NCBI GenBank assembly: GCA_963676795.2
Contig: CAXXTB010000001.1
Location: 736,001 to 800,000 of the forward strand
Length of the DNA: 64,000 nt
DNA from: Geopsychrobacteraceae bacterium
GTDB taxonomy: Bacteria; Desulfobacterota; Desulfuromonadia; Desulfuromonadales; Geopsychrobacteraceae
Direction of reading: 5' to 3'
Of this stretch, positions 51,665 through 64,000 are shown in pieces; positions within the stretch are counted from its first letter, which is position 1; each line of letters begins with the position of its first letter. The notes beneath the pieces are model-generated. The model was given only the letters and a program-made list of their open reading frames with translations. It searched no databases and was not told the DNA's origin. The position numbers were made by a program, and so were the translations under genes.

Positions 51665-54310
51665 TCAGCTCAGGAGTTTGAGGAGTTCGGTAGGGGTTGC
51701 CTGGAGCAGATCGGCTATTTTGGCCACATCGGAACCGCCGGCCTGGGCGAGTTCCGGTCGTCCGCCGCCGCGGCCGCCGACAATCCCGGCCAGCGGTTTG
51801 ATCAGGTCGCCGGCCTTGACCCTGGCGGTCAGGTCCTTGGTGACAGCGACAAGCAGGGCAACTTTCCCATCGCTGCTGCCGCACAGCACCAGTATGCCTG
51901 AGCCGAGCTTGTCACGCAGCTGGTCGGAGAATTCGCGCAGCGCTTTACCGTCGACCTCGCCGACGTTGACGGCCAGCAGTTTGACATCGCCAACCTGCTG
52001 CACCTGGTCGAGCAGCTCGCCACTGCGTTCGGCGTTCAGCTTGGCTTGAAGCTGTTCCAGCTCTTTTTCCAGCTCTCTCTGCTGTTCGAGTAATTTCTGG
52101 ATGCGGTTCTCCAGTTTTTGCGGCTCACTCTTGACCAGATCGGCCAGGCGCTGCAGGGTCTGTTGCTGCTGTTGGCTGTAGGAGAGTGCTGCTGCGCCGG
52201 TCACCGCCTCGATCCGCCGGACTCCGGCGGCGATACCGCCTTCACTCAGGATGCGGAACAAGCCGATATCACCGGCCGCATTGGCGTGGGTGCCGCCACA
52301 GAGTTCCATGCTGTAGCCGCCGACGCTGATGACCCGGACCTCGTCGCCGTATTTTTCACCGAACAGCGCCATGGCGCCGGCGGCCTTGGCCTCGTCGGCG
52401 GCCATGGTCTCGCTCACAACGGAGGCGTTGTCGCGGATCTGGCGATTGACTTCCTCTTCGATCTGTATCAGTTCGGCCGGAGTGACCGGCGAGAAATGGG
52501 TGAAGTCGAAGCGCAGTCGCTCCGGGGTCACCTGGGAACCGGCCTGTTTGATATGGTCGCCGAGGATCTTCTGCATGGCGGCCTGGAGCAGGTGGGTCGC
52601 CGTGTGGTTGATGACGATGTTCTGACGGCGTGCGGCATCGACGCTGATGGTCGCTGTTTCCCCGGTTTTGATCGCGCCGGTAACCACCTCGCAGACGTGC
52701 ACATAGAGGTCGTTCAGCGGCTTGCGGGTGTCGAGGATGCGTAAACTGGCAGCGGCGGTAGTCAGGTTGCCGGTATCGCCAACCTGGCCACCCGACTCAC
52801 CGTAACAGCAGGTTGCTGTGGTGATGACTTCAACCTTTTCGCCGCTGGCCGCTTCATCGACCAGCTGTCCTTCGCGGATCAGGGCGGCAACTTCGCCTTG
52901 TTCTTCGAGTTTCAGGTAGCCGCTGAAGCTGGTTTTGATGCCGCGTTCGACCAGTTGCTTGTAGATGGCGCCGACCGCTTCCTCACCGGAGCCCTTCCAG
53001 TGTTCGCGGGCCTTGGCGCGCTGGGCCTCCATGCAGGTTTCAAAGCCTTTCTCGTCAAGGCTGAAGCCGTCCTTTTCGACGATGTCGGCGGTCAGGTCGA
53101 CGGGGAAACCGTAGGTGTCGTAGAGCTTGAAGACGGTTTCGCCCGGGATGGTCTTGGTTCCCCTGGCGGACAGTTCGGCGATTTCGTCCTGAAGGATGCG
53201 CAGGCCGTTGCCGAGGGTCTGGATAAAGCGCTCTTCTTCGTTGAGTACGACCTTGGCGACAAACTCCTTGCGTCCGGCTTCCTCAGGGTAGGCGCCGGCC
53301 ATCGATTCGAGGACGAAGACGGCTGTTTTGTGCAGGATCGGGTCCTCGAAACCGAGCATCTTGGCGTGGCGCATGGCGCGGCGCATGATGCGGCGCAGGA
53401 CGTAGCCGCGTCCTTCGTTGCTTGGCAGGACGCCGTCGGCGATCAGGTAGGCCATGGCGCGGCTATGGTCGGCCATGACGCGCATCGAGACGTTGTTCTC
53501 GCTGTCGTCGCCGGTGTATTTCTTGCCCGAAAGCTCTTCGATGTTGGCAATGATCTCGCGCAGCAGGTCTGTGTCGTAGTTCGACTGGACCTTCTGCATG
53601 ACGGTGGTGATCCGCTCGAGGCCCATGCCGGTGTCAACCGCAGGTTTCGGCAGCGGAATCAGGGTGCCGTCAGGCTGGCGGTCGAACTGCATGAAGACGT
53701 TGTTCCAGATCTCCATGTAGCGGTCGCAGTCGCAGCCGACGGTGCAGTTCGGCGAATCGCAGCCGACCTCCGGGCCGTTGTCGTAGAAGATTTCCGAACA
53801 GGGGCCGCATGGGCCTGTATCGCCCATCGACCAGAAGTTGTCCTCTTCGAAGCGGAAGATCCTCTCGCGCGGGATTCCTTCCTGGAAATGCCAGATGTCA
53901 GCGGCCTCGTCATCGTCGGTGTAGACCGAAACGTAGAGGCGGCTGGTGTCGAGCTGAAGATCCCTGGTCAGAAATTCCCAGGCGAAAGCGATCGCTTCCT
54001 TCTTGAAATAGTCACCGAAGGAGAAGTTGCCGAGCATCTCGAAAAAGGTGTGGTGGCGAGCTGTGCGTCCGACGTTTTCCAGGTCGTTATGCTTGCCCCC
54101 GGCACGAACACATTTTTGCGACGTTGTGGCACGTACGTATTCGCGCTTTTCATCACCGAGGAAGCAGTCTTTGAACTGATTCATGCCGGCATTGGTAAAC
54201 AGCAGTGTCGGATCGTTGTGCGGAACCAGGGACGATGAAGATACGATGGTGTGACCACGCTCTTCAAAGAATTTGAGAAAACGCGCGCGAATTTCATTAC
54301 CAGTCAGCAT
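51665..54310 (-). CDS. alaS: Alanine--tRNA ligase
   Basis: [50 protein letters not shown]. Confidence 0.97.
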   Translation of the reverse strand: MLTGNEIRARFLKFFEERGHTIVSSSSLVPHNDPTLLFTNAGMNQFKDCFLGDEKREYVRATTSQKCVRAGGKHNDLENVGRTARHHTFFEMLGNFSFGDYFKKEAIAFAWEFLTRDLQLDTSRLYVSVYTDDDEAADIWHFQEGIPRERIFRFEEDNFWSMGDTGPCGPCSEIFYDNGPEVGCDSPNCTVGCDCDRYMEIWNNVFMQFDRQPDGTLIPLPKPAVDTGMGLERITTVMQKVQSNYDTDLLREIIANIEELSGKKYTGDDSENNVSMRVMADHSRAMAYLIADGVLPSNEGRGYVLRRIMRRAMRHAKMLGFEDPILHKTAVFVLESMAGAYPEEAGRKEFVAKVVLNEEERFIQTLGNGLRILQDEIAELSARGTKTIPGETVFKLYDTYGFPVDLTADIVEKDGFSLDEKGFETCMEAQRAKAREHWKGSGEEAVGAIYKQLVERGIKTSFSGYLKLEEQGEVAALIREGQLVDEAASGEKVEVITTATCCYGESGGQVGDTGNLTTAAASLRILDTRKPLNDLYVHVCEVVTGAIKTGETATISVDAARRQNIVINHTATHLLQAAMQKILGDHIKQAGSQVTPERLRFDFTHFSPVTPAELIQIEEEVNRQIRDNASVVSETMAADEAKAAGAMALFGEKYGDEVRVISVGGYSMELCGGTHANAAGDIGLFRILSEGGIAAGVRRIEAVTGAAALSYSQQQQQTLQRLADLVKSEPQKLENRIQKLLEQQRELEKELEQLQAKLNAERSGELLDQVQQVGDVKLLAVNVGEVDGKALREFSDQLRDKLGSGILVLCGSSDGKVALLVAVTKDLTARVKAGDLIKPLAGIVGGRGGGRPELAQAGGSDVAKIADLLQATPTELLKLLS

Positions 54311-54661
54311 TGCCAGTGGCCTTTCTGTTTCTATCGGATGTCTATATCGGAACAAAAATTGTTGAGTTCTGATTCAATCGAACACAGGATGATAATCGAA
54401 AACCGTTAGATTGAAAAGGTTTTTTCCCCGCTTGGGATCAAGCCTTGATTTCTGTCCGCGATTCCTTAAAACACGAGGATCAATAGCCGCATTTTCGGTC
54501 TTTGGGCTGCTTTAAATGAAGCGGATAGTGGGTAGTTGACTTCGCTGCGGGGCGTCCTGTCCCTGTCCGTCTTGACTGGCGTTTTTCTCTGTTTATCAGT
54601 GGTTTTTACCGGCAGCAGCGACGGGCTGGTGACTATTTACTGATCAGAGGATTTTCTTTGC

Positions 54662-54815
54662 TGCATAAATTTGCGGCACTCTGCCGGTCTTTCCGGGTCT
54701 TGATTGTGACCGCCAATGTGCTGCGCTTCTGATTCTTCGATTCCATACAGCTTGGCATGCTCTGTGAAAGAATTGTTGTTTAATCAATAAACAATAGCTG
54801 GTGGGCAATGGCGCC
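54662..54815 (+). promoter_or_regulatory. Putative nitrogen-control region: NtrC-like site, sigma54-like promoter, ANTAR-like hairpin
   Basis: TGC-N11-GCA (54662-54678); TGGCAT-N5-GTGA (54753-54767, non-canonical -12); GGC-AATGGC-GCC hexaloop hairpin (54804-54815). Confidence 0.45.
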
Positions 54816-54833
54816 TGCTCACGGAGGCAAGCC

Positions 54834-55130
54834 ATGCAACAGATTGACGCAGTCATCGACCAGTTCAGACTGAGAGAAATTCGCACCACCCTCGAAGCTT
54901 TGGGGGTTGAGGATTTCATGGAAAGTAAGATTCAATGCCACCAGCAGGGGCTGGCGATGAAGTTTCGCGGTGCCACGCTCATGGCGAATTTTGTCGAAAA
55001 GGTTAAGCTCGAGATTATCGCTGAGGATGAATCGGTCAGCAGCATTGTCGAAGCGATCGGCTCTGTCGCCCGGACCGGTGACGGTAAAGATTGTCGTATC
55101 TCGATTCACCCCTATCTGGAGGTGGGCTGA
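54834..55130 (+). CDS. Divergent P-II family (GlnB/GlnK-like) protein
   Basis: MQQIDAVI..F.L.EI...L..LGV, KVKLEII, ARTG; GGAGG RBS before ATG 54834. Confidence 0.8.
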   Translation: MQQIDAVIDQFRLREIRTTLEALGVEDFMESKIQCHQQGLAMKFRGATLMANFVEKVKLEIIAEDESVSSIVEAIGSVARTGDGKDCRISIHPYLEVG

Positions 55131-55166
55131 GCCGGGTGCCAGCCGTACCTCGCTTAGTTCCGGCCC

Positions 55167-55611
55167 TCAGTCTTCCCCTTTGAGCACCCTGAAGATACTG
55201 GCCAGGCTGAATCCGCGCCGTTGAAAGAAACCGATCACCCGGCGCCGGGTTTTTTCATCGGCGCTGGCGTAAGCGAAGTTGGCAAAGCGGCGTTCAAGCA
55301 GGTCCTTGAGCAGTTTTTCTTCCGGATATTCGTTGCGGGCCTGTTCCATGGCGGTTTCGGCCAGTTCGTCACTGATCCCCCTGCGGCGCAGATCGAGCGC
55401 CGCCTTGTGGCCGACACTCTTGCCGCTGCGCAGCAGGCTGCGCGCTTTGGCTGCGGCGTAGCGCGCGTCATCCAGGTAGCCGTAGTCACGGCAGCGCTCT
55501 AAAACCTGTTCTATCGTATCAGCAGTAAAGCCGAACCGGGCCAGTCTCTGGCTCAGTTCGGCTTCTGTTTTGTCACTGCGGCTGAGGATGCGGATCGCTG
55601 ATGCCAGGGCC

Positions 55612-55640
<29 letters not shown>
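55167..55640 (-). CDS. recX: Regulatory protein RecX
   Basis: GYLDDARYA, LRRRGI, RRGFS; downstream of recA. Confidence 0.9.
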
Positions 55641-56799
<1,159 letters not shown>

Positions 56800-56842
56800 C
56801 GTCTCACCCTGTTCACTTCTCAATTATTTAGTTTTGCGGCGA

Positions 56843-57886
<1,044 letters not shown>

Positions 57887-58061
57887 CTGTCTCCTCCGTG
57901 AATTTCATTTCTTATTGGATGGTCAGTGTTTTTCGGTCTGTCTGAACCTGTATGTCACACCACTGTGTCGGAATATGTCATCAGTGCTGACAGCGGCTTT
58001 GGAAGATTAAAGATTAAATCTTTTTGCCGAGGCTGTCGAGCAGATAATCAGAGAAAATTAA

Positions 58062-59354
58062 TTATATGTCGTGGTCTGTTGGTGGACCTTTCTTTTCAAG
58101 ATGTTGTAGCGCGTAGCGCCGCAACCACTCTAGGGCCATGAAGGCGCTCATGCGCTGAATCTTCTGCCGGGTTCCGTGAAAATGATAGCGATTGGCATGC
58201 ACGCCGGCCGGACTGGCCAGGGCGATGTAGACCGTGCCGACCGGTTTTTCCGCGGTGCCGCCGTCGGGTCCGGCGATGCCGGTAATTGCAAGGGCCAGGT
58301 CACTGCCGCTGCGCCCTTTGAGGCCACTGGCCATGGCCCGGGCACAGGCTTCACTGACGGCACCATGATCCTGGAGAATCTGGGCCGGTACGCCGAGCCA
58401 GTCCTGTTTGGCCGAGTTGGCGTAGGTCACACCACCCCTCTCCAGGAAGGCTGAGGCTCCGGGGACACTGGTCAGCAGACTGGCAACCAGGCCACCGCTA
58501 CAGGACTCCGCCAGGGACAGGGTCAGGCCGCTGGCACAGAGCAGCTTGGCGACCGTTTGTTCAGCGCTTTCTTCGTTGCGGGCCATCAGCGCATGGCCCA
58601 GTTCCTGAATCAGCAGGGCTTCAGCCTGGTCAAGGCGCTGATCGGCATCGGGCGCCGTCGATTTCAGCTTGACCAGGACCAGTGGGTAGTCAAGCGAAAA
58701 CGCGACATCGACACCCAGCGGCAATCTCTGGTAGGGGATCAGCCGGTCGATCTTCGGTTCCGGGATGCCGAAGAATTTCAGGGTTCTCTGGCGTAAAGGG
58801 GCGTTCTGCGGAACCTTTTTGCGCAGGGCCGGCAGAACCGATTTCTCGAACATGGCGCGCATCTCGGCCGGCACGCCGGGCAGAAAAAACAGTTCGCAGC
58901 CCTGATGCTCGAGGCGAAAGCCCGGAGCAATGCCGAGCGGATTGGGCAGAATCACGGCCTGCTGCGGGAGCAGGGCCTGGCGTTCGTTCTGCGGTTCCAT
59001 CTGACGCTGGCGGCTGGCGAACCAGTTGCGTACCTGATCAAGCGCCTCTTCATTGATGACCAGCGGCTGGCGCACGGCCCTGGCTGCCGCGCGGGCGGTC
59101 AGGTCATCACTGGTGGCACCGAGTCCGCCGGTGACGATGACGCAGTTGACATGGCCGGAGAGATAGAGCAGGGCGTCGTAGATCTCCTTCTCCTGGTCCG
59201 GGACGACCAGCGAGCGACACAGCCGGTAGCCGTTACCGGCCAGGATCTCGGCGACTGTGGCGGTGTTGGTATCGGTGACTTCACCGCTGAGCAGCTCGTT
59301 GCCGGTGGTCAGGATGGCAATGGAATAACTGTTCATCGTTGTTTCCGCGGCCAT
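58062..59354 (-). CDS. cinA: Competence/damage-inducible protein CinA (MoCF-biosynthesis-like + PncC domains)
   Basis: GNELLSG...DTN, TGGLG, PGVP.EM, AESCSGG, TGIAGPDGG. Confidence 0.92.
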   Translation of the reverse strand: MAAETTMNSYSIAILTTGNELLSGEVTDTNTATVAEILAGNGYRLCRSLVVPDQEKEIYDALLYLSGHVNCVIVTGGLGATSDDLTARAAARAVRQPLVINEEALDQVRNWFASRQRQMEPQNERQALLPQQAVILPNPLGIAPGFRLEHQGCELFFLPGVPAEMRAMFEKSVLPALRKKVPQNAPLRQRTLKFFGIPEPKIDRLIPYQRLPLGVDVAFSLDYPLVLVKLKSTAPDADQRLDQAEALLIQELGHALMARNEESAEQTVAKLLCASGLTLSLAESCSGGLVASLLTSVPGASAFLERGGVTYANSAKQDWLGVPAQILQDHGAVSEACARAMASGLKGRSGSDLALAITGIAGPDGGTAEKPVGTVYIALASPAGVHANRYHFHGTRQKIQRMSAFMALEWLRRYALQHLEKKGPPTDHDI

Positions 59355-59839
59355 CAGCTGAACAGCCAGAGGCCGATACGCAGCAGGATAGCCGCATAGA
59401 TACCGGCCATGACGTCATCCAGGGTGACGCCGATGCCGTTTTTCATTTCGCGATCGAACCAGCTGGCCGGCGGCGGTTTGACGATGTCGAAGATACGGAA
59501 CAGGATGAAGGCGAAGATGGCCGTCCACCAGGTGAAAGGGAGGAACAGGGTGGTAACCAGGTAGCCGGCCAGTTCGTCGATGACGATACGGCCGTCATCG
59601 GTGACCCCGTAATACTCTCCGGCGACATCGCAGATACGGAAGCTGAGCAGGATGACCAGGATGGTCACCACCAGCTGCAGAATCCCGGGCAGCATGGCGA
59701 TATAGTAGAAGGCCGGAATCCCCGCCAGAGTACCGAAGGTGCCCGGCATGAAGGGGGCGTAGCCTAGGCCGCCGTTGCTGGAAAGAAACAGGGTGGAGCG
59801 CAGGTAGCGATCCGTGCCGCATTGATTGTCAGAGGCCAT
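59354..59839 (-). CDS. pgpA: Phosphatidylglycerophosphatase A
   Basis: PGTFGT, IVIDE, FRIFDIVKP, DDVMAG. Confidence 0.94.
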   Translation of the reverse strand: MASDNQCGTDRYLRSTLFLSSNGGLGYAPFMPGTFGTLAGIPAFYYIAMLPGILQLVVTILVILLSFRICDVAGEYYGVTDDGRIVIDELAGYLVTTLFLPFTWWTAIFAFILFRIFDIVKPPPASWFDREMKNGIGVTLDDVMAGIYAAILLRIGLWLFS

Positions 59840-61029
59840 TATTCGTTCTCCAGATCTTTCAGCTTCAGTTGTTCGTAGGCCGAGCGTTCAACCAGGTGGA
59901 AAATTTCATGCAGCGGGCGCTGATGGGTCTCGGCCAGGCGCCGGCAGTCTTCATATTCAGGGCTCAGACGCAGGAAGCGTTTCCCCTGATAGAGCAGTTT
60001 AACCTGTGCTTCGCCGAGCGCTGTCGAAACTTTTTCCTGACGCCGGTCGAGCAGATAACGTTCAGCGCTGATGCTGCGCAGGCCGATGGCGCTGCTCTGT
60101 TCGAGAATCAGCTGCGCCAGCTGATCTGCCTGGTGCGGCTGGCAGATGACCGTCAGTTTCTGGGCCGGCCGGTTCTTTTTCATCTGCAGCGGGGTGTAGC
60201 TGACATCAAGGGCGCCCTGCCCCTGCAGCTGGTCGAGCAGGTAGCCCAGCTCTTCAGGGGTGCTGTCATCGATATGGGTTTCCAGGATGCGGATCGTTTC
60301 TTTCGACCCTGGTCCCGTTTCTTCATAGAGTATACCGCGCAGCAGGTTGGGGCGGTCTTCCAGTTGCCAGCTGCCGACACCGTAACCTGTCTTGCCCAGC
60401 TGTGCATTCGGCAAGTTGGAGAATTCGGCAAGCTCGGCGACGATCGTGGCACCGGTCGGAGTGACCAGCTCTTTGTCGCAGCCGCTGGCGCAGACCGGTT
60501 TCCCCTGCAGGATTTCAAGGGTGGCCGGGGCCGGCAGGGGCAGCATGCCGTGGGCGCAGCGACTCATGCCGCGTGACAGCGGCAGCGGGGCGCACAGAAC
60601 CCGGCCGATGCCGAGCAGTTTGAGGCCGATCGCCGCGCCGGTCAGATCGACAATGGCATCGATGGCGCCGACCTCATGGAAGTGGACCTGATCGATATCG
60701 ATGCCGTGGACCTTGGCCTCCGCTTCTCCGAGGCGGCGGAAGAAGGCCCTGGCCAGGCCACTCATCTCCTCAGGCAGGGAACTGTCGGCCAGCATCCGGT
60801 CGATACCACTCCAGTGACGGTGATGGTGGGATTCTTCATGGGCGACCAGGACCCGGGTACCGGAGATGCCGTGGCGCTGTTCCCGGCTGATTTCGAGTTG
60901 ATAGCCATGGAGCGGCAGCAGGTCGAGATGCTGCTGCAGCTGTTGTCGATCGAGGCCGAGATCGATCAGCAGACCGAGGAACATGTCGCCTGAGATGCCG
61001 GAGAAGGTGTCGAGATAAAGTGTTTTCAT
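59839..61029 (-). CDS. larC: Nickel-pincer cofactor nickel insertase LarC
   Basis: SGISGDM, HHHRH, HFHEVGAIDAIVD, PAPAT, TPTGA, MKKNRP, PEYEDC. Confidence 0.94.
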   Translation of the reverse strand: MKTLYLDTFSGISGDMFLGLLIDLGLDRQQLQQHLDLLPLHGYQLEISREQRHGISGTRVLVAHEESHHHRHWSGIDRMLADSSLPEEMSGLARAFFRRLGEAEAKVHGIDIDQVHFHEVGAIDAIVDLTGAAIGLKLLGIGRVLCAPLPLSRGMSRCAHGMLPLPAPATLEILQGKPVCASGCDKELVTPTGATIVAELAEFSNLPNAQLGKTGYGVGSWQLEDRPNLLRGILYEETGPGSKETIRILETHIDDSTPEELGYLLDQLQGQGALDVSYTPLQMKKNRPAQKLTVICQPHQADQLAQLILEQSSAIGLRSISAERYLLDRRQEKVSTALGEAQVKLLYQGKRFLRLSPEYEDCRRLAETHQRPLHEIFHLVERSAYEQLKLKDLENE

Positions 61030-61790
61030 CGGTTTTTGTTGTGAGTCCGGTTGATCCGGTTGGCCGCAAAGGCGGCGCCAAAGCCGTTGTCGATATTGAC
61101 CACGGTCACGCCGCTGGCACAGGAGTTGAGCATGCCGAGCAGGGCGGCAACGCCGCCGAAAGCGGCACCGTAGCCGACCGAGGTCGGTACCGCGATGACC
61201 GGCTTGTCGATCAGGCCGCCGACGACCGATGGCAGCGCGCCTTCCATGCCGGCGACCACGATGACTACCGCGGCGTTCTGCAGCAGTTCGGTACGGGACA
61301 GCAGGCGATGAATGCCGGCCACGCCGACATCGATCAGTTCTTCGACCTGGTTGCCGAGCATCCGTGCGGTGACGACCGCTTCCCGGGCGACCGGCAGGTC
61401 GGAGGTTCCGGCACAGACTATCAGGATCTTGCCCTGATCGTTGTTCTCGATCGTCTGGTTGAGCAGGCAGAAGGTGCGGGCCAGCGGATCGTGTTCCCCC
61501 TCCGGGAAGCTGTTGATCAGGGCCGTCGCCTTGATCTCGTCGAGGCGGGTGACGAGAACGTTGCGCGCCTTGCGATCCATTGCCGAGATGATCGTGATCA
61601 ACTGCTCAAGGGTCTTGTTCGCACCGAAGATCACTTCCGGGGCGCCTTGGCGCAGCTCGCGGTGATGGTCGATCTGGGCGATACCGAGATCTTCATAGGG
61701 GAGCTGCTTCAGGCGATCCAGGGCCGTGTCGACGCCGGTCTGTCCGTTGGCCACCGCTTCTAGTAACTGTGCCAGTTCTTTCTGGTTCAT
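61026..61790 (-). CDS. larB: Nickel-pincer cofactor biosynthesis protein LarB
   Basis: DHHRELRQG.PE, AGTSDLPVA, DVGVAGIHRL, AGMEGAL, VNIDNGFGAA. Confidence 0.95.
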   Translation of the reverse strand: MNQKELAQLLEAVANGQTGVDTALDRLKQLPYEDLGIAQIDHHRELRQGAPEVIFGANKTLEQLITIISAMDRKARNVLVTRLDEIKATALINSFPEGEHDPLARTFCLLNQTIENNDQGKILIVCAGTSDLPVAREAVVTARMLGNQVEELIDVGVAGIHRLLSRTELLQNAAVVIVVAGMEGALPSVVGGLIDKPVIAVPTSVGYGAAFGGVAALLGMLNSCASGVTVVNIDNGFGAAFAANRINRTHNKNR

Positions 61791-62077
61791 GGGCCAGGCA
61801 ATGCTCCGTTCGCGTGCTTCAGCGCAATTTTGAGGTTTGCAAATGTCCGTGGGCAGCTCGTGCCGCCGGTTATCATAACAGAAAAATCAGCGCAGCCAAA
61901 GACGGCCGGGGGCATTTTGAGGCTCATTTGTCAGTCTAAAAGGGCGCGGGGCTGGCCATAGTCGCTGTTCGTATAGTAGGATTATATCTGTTTGTTGTTG
62001 AATAAAACTACCAGGTTTTTCATTTTCCTCCGGTGAAGATGAAAACAAAAACTTTGATCTTTTCTTTGAGGGGTATC

Positions 62078-63265
62078 ATGGCAAAAAACAGTTGTGGTGT
62101 GATCTGCCGGTTTCTCAATTCTCAACCGGCCAGCGGGGTGATCCTGATGATCGCGGCGATTCTGGCCATTATTTTTGCCAATACGCCGCTGCGTGGGCTT
62201 TACGACCTGCTGCTGGCGACACCGGTTGGGGTCAAGGTCGGTCTGCTGGTCATCGATAAGCCGATGCTGTTGTGGATCAACGACGGTCTCATGGCGATCT
62301 TCTTCTTTCAGGTCGGGCTGGAACTTAAGCGTGAATTCCTCGAGGGGGAGCTGAAAACTCCGAGCAATATCCTGCTGCCGGCGGTTGGCGCCGTCGGTGG
62401 CATGGCCGTTCCGGCGGCTATCTACTATCTGATCAATCTGGATAACCCCGTCGCGCTGTCCGGCTGGGCCATCCCGGCGGCGACCGATATTGCCTTTGCC
62501 CTTGGCGTGCTGGCCCTGCTCGGCAGCCGGGTTCCGACCTCGTTGAAGATCTTTCTCACCTCGCTGGCTATTTTTGACGATGTTGGAGCGATTATCATCA
62601 TCGCTCTGTTCTACACCTCGAAGATCTCGCAGACGGCGCTGATCGCAGCACTGCTCTGTCTCATTGTTCTCTTTGTTTTCAATCGCCTCAACGTGACAGC
62701 CAAGAGTATCTATCTGCTGGTTGGTATTATCATGTGGGTGGCCACCCTCAAGTCAGGGGTGCATGCGACTCTGGCCGGAGTGGTGCTTGCCTTTTTCGTG
62801 CCGATGCGCTCCAAAACCGATCCTGAGGATTCGCCGTTGCAGAGCCTGGAGCATGATCTGCACGGTCTGGTTTCCTTCTTTGTCCTGCCGATCTTTGCCT
62901 TTGCCAATGCCGGGATCAGTTTTGCCGGTATGGGGCTGGCGCAGATGTTCCACGGGGTACCGGTCGGTATTGCTCTCGGTCTGTTTGTCGGCAAGCAGAT
63001 CGGTATCTTCGGCATCTGTTGGCTGACCGTCAAAAGCGGTTTGGCACGTCTGCCAGCCGGTTTCACCTGGGCCCGGCTTTACGGGGTCGCGCTGCTCTGT
63101 GGAATCGGTTTCACCATGAGTCTGTTTATCGGCTCATTGGCTTTTGAGGAGTCGGGGGTCAATCTTTTCTTCGACGAGCGTTTGGGGATTATCGCAGGAT
63201 CGCTGCTCTCCGGAGTTGTCGGTTATCTGGTGCTGCGGCGCAGCCTGCAGTCCGGAGAACAGTGA
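62078..63265 (+). CDS. nhaA: Na+/H+ antiporter NhaA
   Basis: [42 protein letters not shown]. Confidence 0.95.
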   Translation: MAKNSCGVICRFLNSQPASGVILMIAAILAIIFANTPLRGLYDLLLATPVGVKVGLLVIDKPMLLWINDGLMAIFFFQVGLELKREFLEGELKTPSNILLPAVGAVGGMAVPAAIYYLINLDNPVALSGWAIPAATDIAFALGVLALLGSRVPTSLKIFLTSLAIFDDVGAIIIIALFYTSKISQTALIAALLCLIVLFVFNRLNVTAKSIYLLVGIIMWVATLKSGVHATLAGVVLAFFVPMRSKTDPEDSPLQSLEHDLHGLVSFFVLPIFAFANAGISFAGMGLAQMFHGVPVGIALGLFVGKQIGIFGICWLTVKSGLARLPAGFTWARLYGVALLCGIGFTMSLFIGSLAFEESGVNLFFDERLGIIAGSLLSGVVGYLVLRRSLQSGEQ

Positions 63266-63284
63266 GAACGCTGCCATCCAACTC

Positions 63285-64000
63285 TTATGAGTAGATCTTA
63301 CACAGGTTCTGGTAGGGGGTTGGGCACATCAGGCGTTCTGTTATTTTTTCGGCGGTCTGTTTCAGGGCGTCGATGACAGAATCCTGCATCAGCTGTTCTT
63401 TTCTCATGATCGGAGTCAGCGCGACGACACTGCCTACCGCGCGGCTGTTGCGATCAAAGACGGGGACGGCAATCGCGTAGATATTTTTATCGAAGCGGCC
63501 ATTATCAATCGAAAATCCTCGTGACACGATCTCTTCATATTCTGTCGTCAGTTCCTCGATTTTCAGCCGCTCTGATACGAGGTCGCTCAGCCATTTCTGG
63601 GCGAGCCGGGGATGGGAATAGGCTGCAATGCATTTGGCTCCGACATGGGTATGGGGGAACACCCTGTCACCTATTGCGATGGAGACAGAGATCGGGTTGT
63701 GGCAACGCGCCGCATAGGCGAGGAACATGTGGTCCCCCGAGAGGATTTCAAAGTGAACCGTCTCGGCGATCCGGTCTCTTAAACTGTCGCAATAGGGCTG
63801 GGCGATGATAATGCACTGAGAATCGATGTCTTTCGTCATCGATTTCCAGAGCTGGATGATTGCCGGACCGAGCGAGTATCTCTTGGTGATGCTGTCCTGG
63901 GTGACATAGCCGTAATTTTTCAGGAACTTGAGGTTTCTGCTCACTGTCGCTTTGTTGAAATTTAAAGCATCAGCCAGTTCCGTTGTGCCTATGGGGGTAT
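63285..64000 (-). CDS. IclR-family transcriptional regulator (5' end outside window)
   Basis: Frame open to the edge: GTTELADALNFNKATVSR HTH; ETVH; AIAVPVFD. Confidence 0.88.
   Translation of the reverse strand, partial: TPIGTTELADALNFNKATVSRNLKFLKNYGYVTQDSITKRYSLGPAIIQLWKSMTKDIDSQCIIIAQPYCDSLRDRIAETVHFEILSGDHMFLAYAARCHNPISVSIAIGDRVFPHTHVGAKCIAAYSHPRLAQKWLSDLVSERLKIEELTTEYEEIVSRGFSIDNGRFDKNIYAIAVPVFDRNSRAVGSVVALTPIMRKEQLMQDSVIDALKQTAEKITERLMCPTPYQNLCKIYS

Noticed and set aside
57887..58061. LexA box upstream of recA
   Set aside because: No clear match to LexA motifs I can recognise.

Overview
Chromosomal window (no rRNA, tRNA, CRISPR array, transposase or phage genes seen). Gene content and order (larB-larC-pgpA-cinA-recA-pilT-recX-alaS, hslVU-argBDFG-argH-dapAB-dapL) point to a Desulfuromonadales/Geobacter-like deltaproteobacterium (inference). 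The right ~25 kb is a housekeeping block. The left ~38 kb is mixed accessory content: a flavoprotein/ferredoxin/tatA operon, a TRAP transporter, three GGDEF proteins, FUSC/MarR, a PhlG-family hydrolase with LysR, a YlbF-family protein, Kef, and cation antiporters. Two observations stand out. (1) A Fur-box-preceded locus has a terminator-containing leader, an HD-GYP phosphodiesterase and a soluble protein resembling only the cytoplasmic torque segments of the flagellar stator MotA, divergent from a GAF-GGDEF cyclase. (2) Two diverged copies of a ~470-520 nt non-coding element are each built from two related convergent units, and their hairpins are preserved by compensatory changes. Three small genes missed by the ORF track (tatA, an entericidin-like lipoprotein, an LptM/YifL-like lipoprotein) were read by hand. 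All calls are from motif recognition, without database searches.
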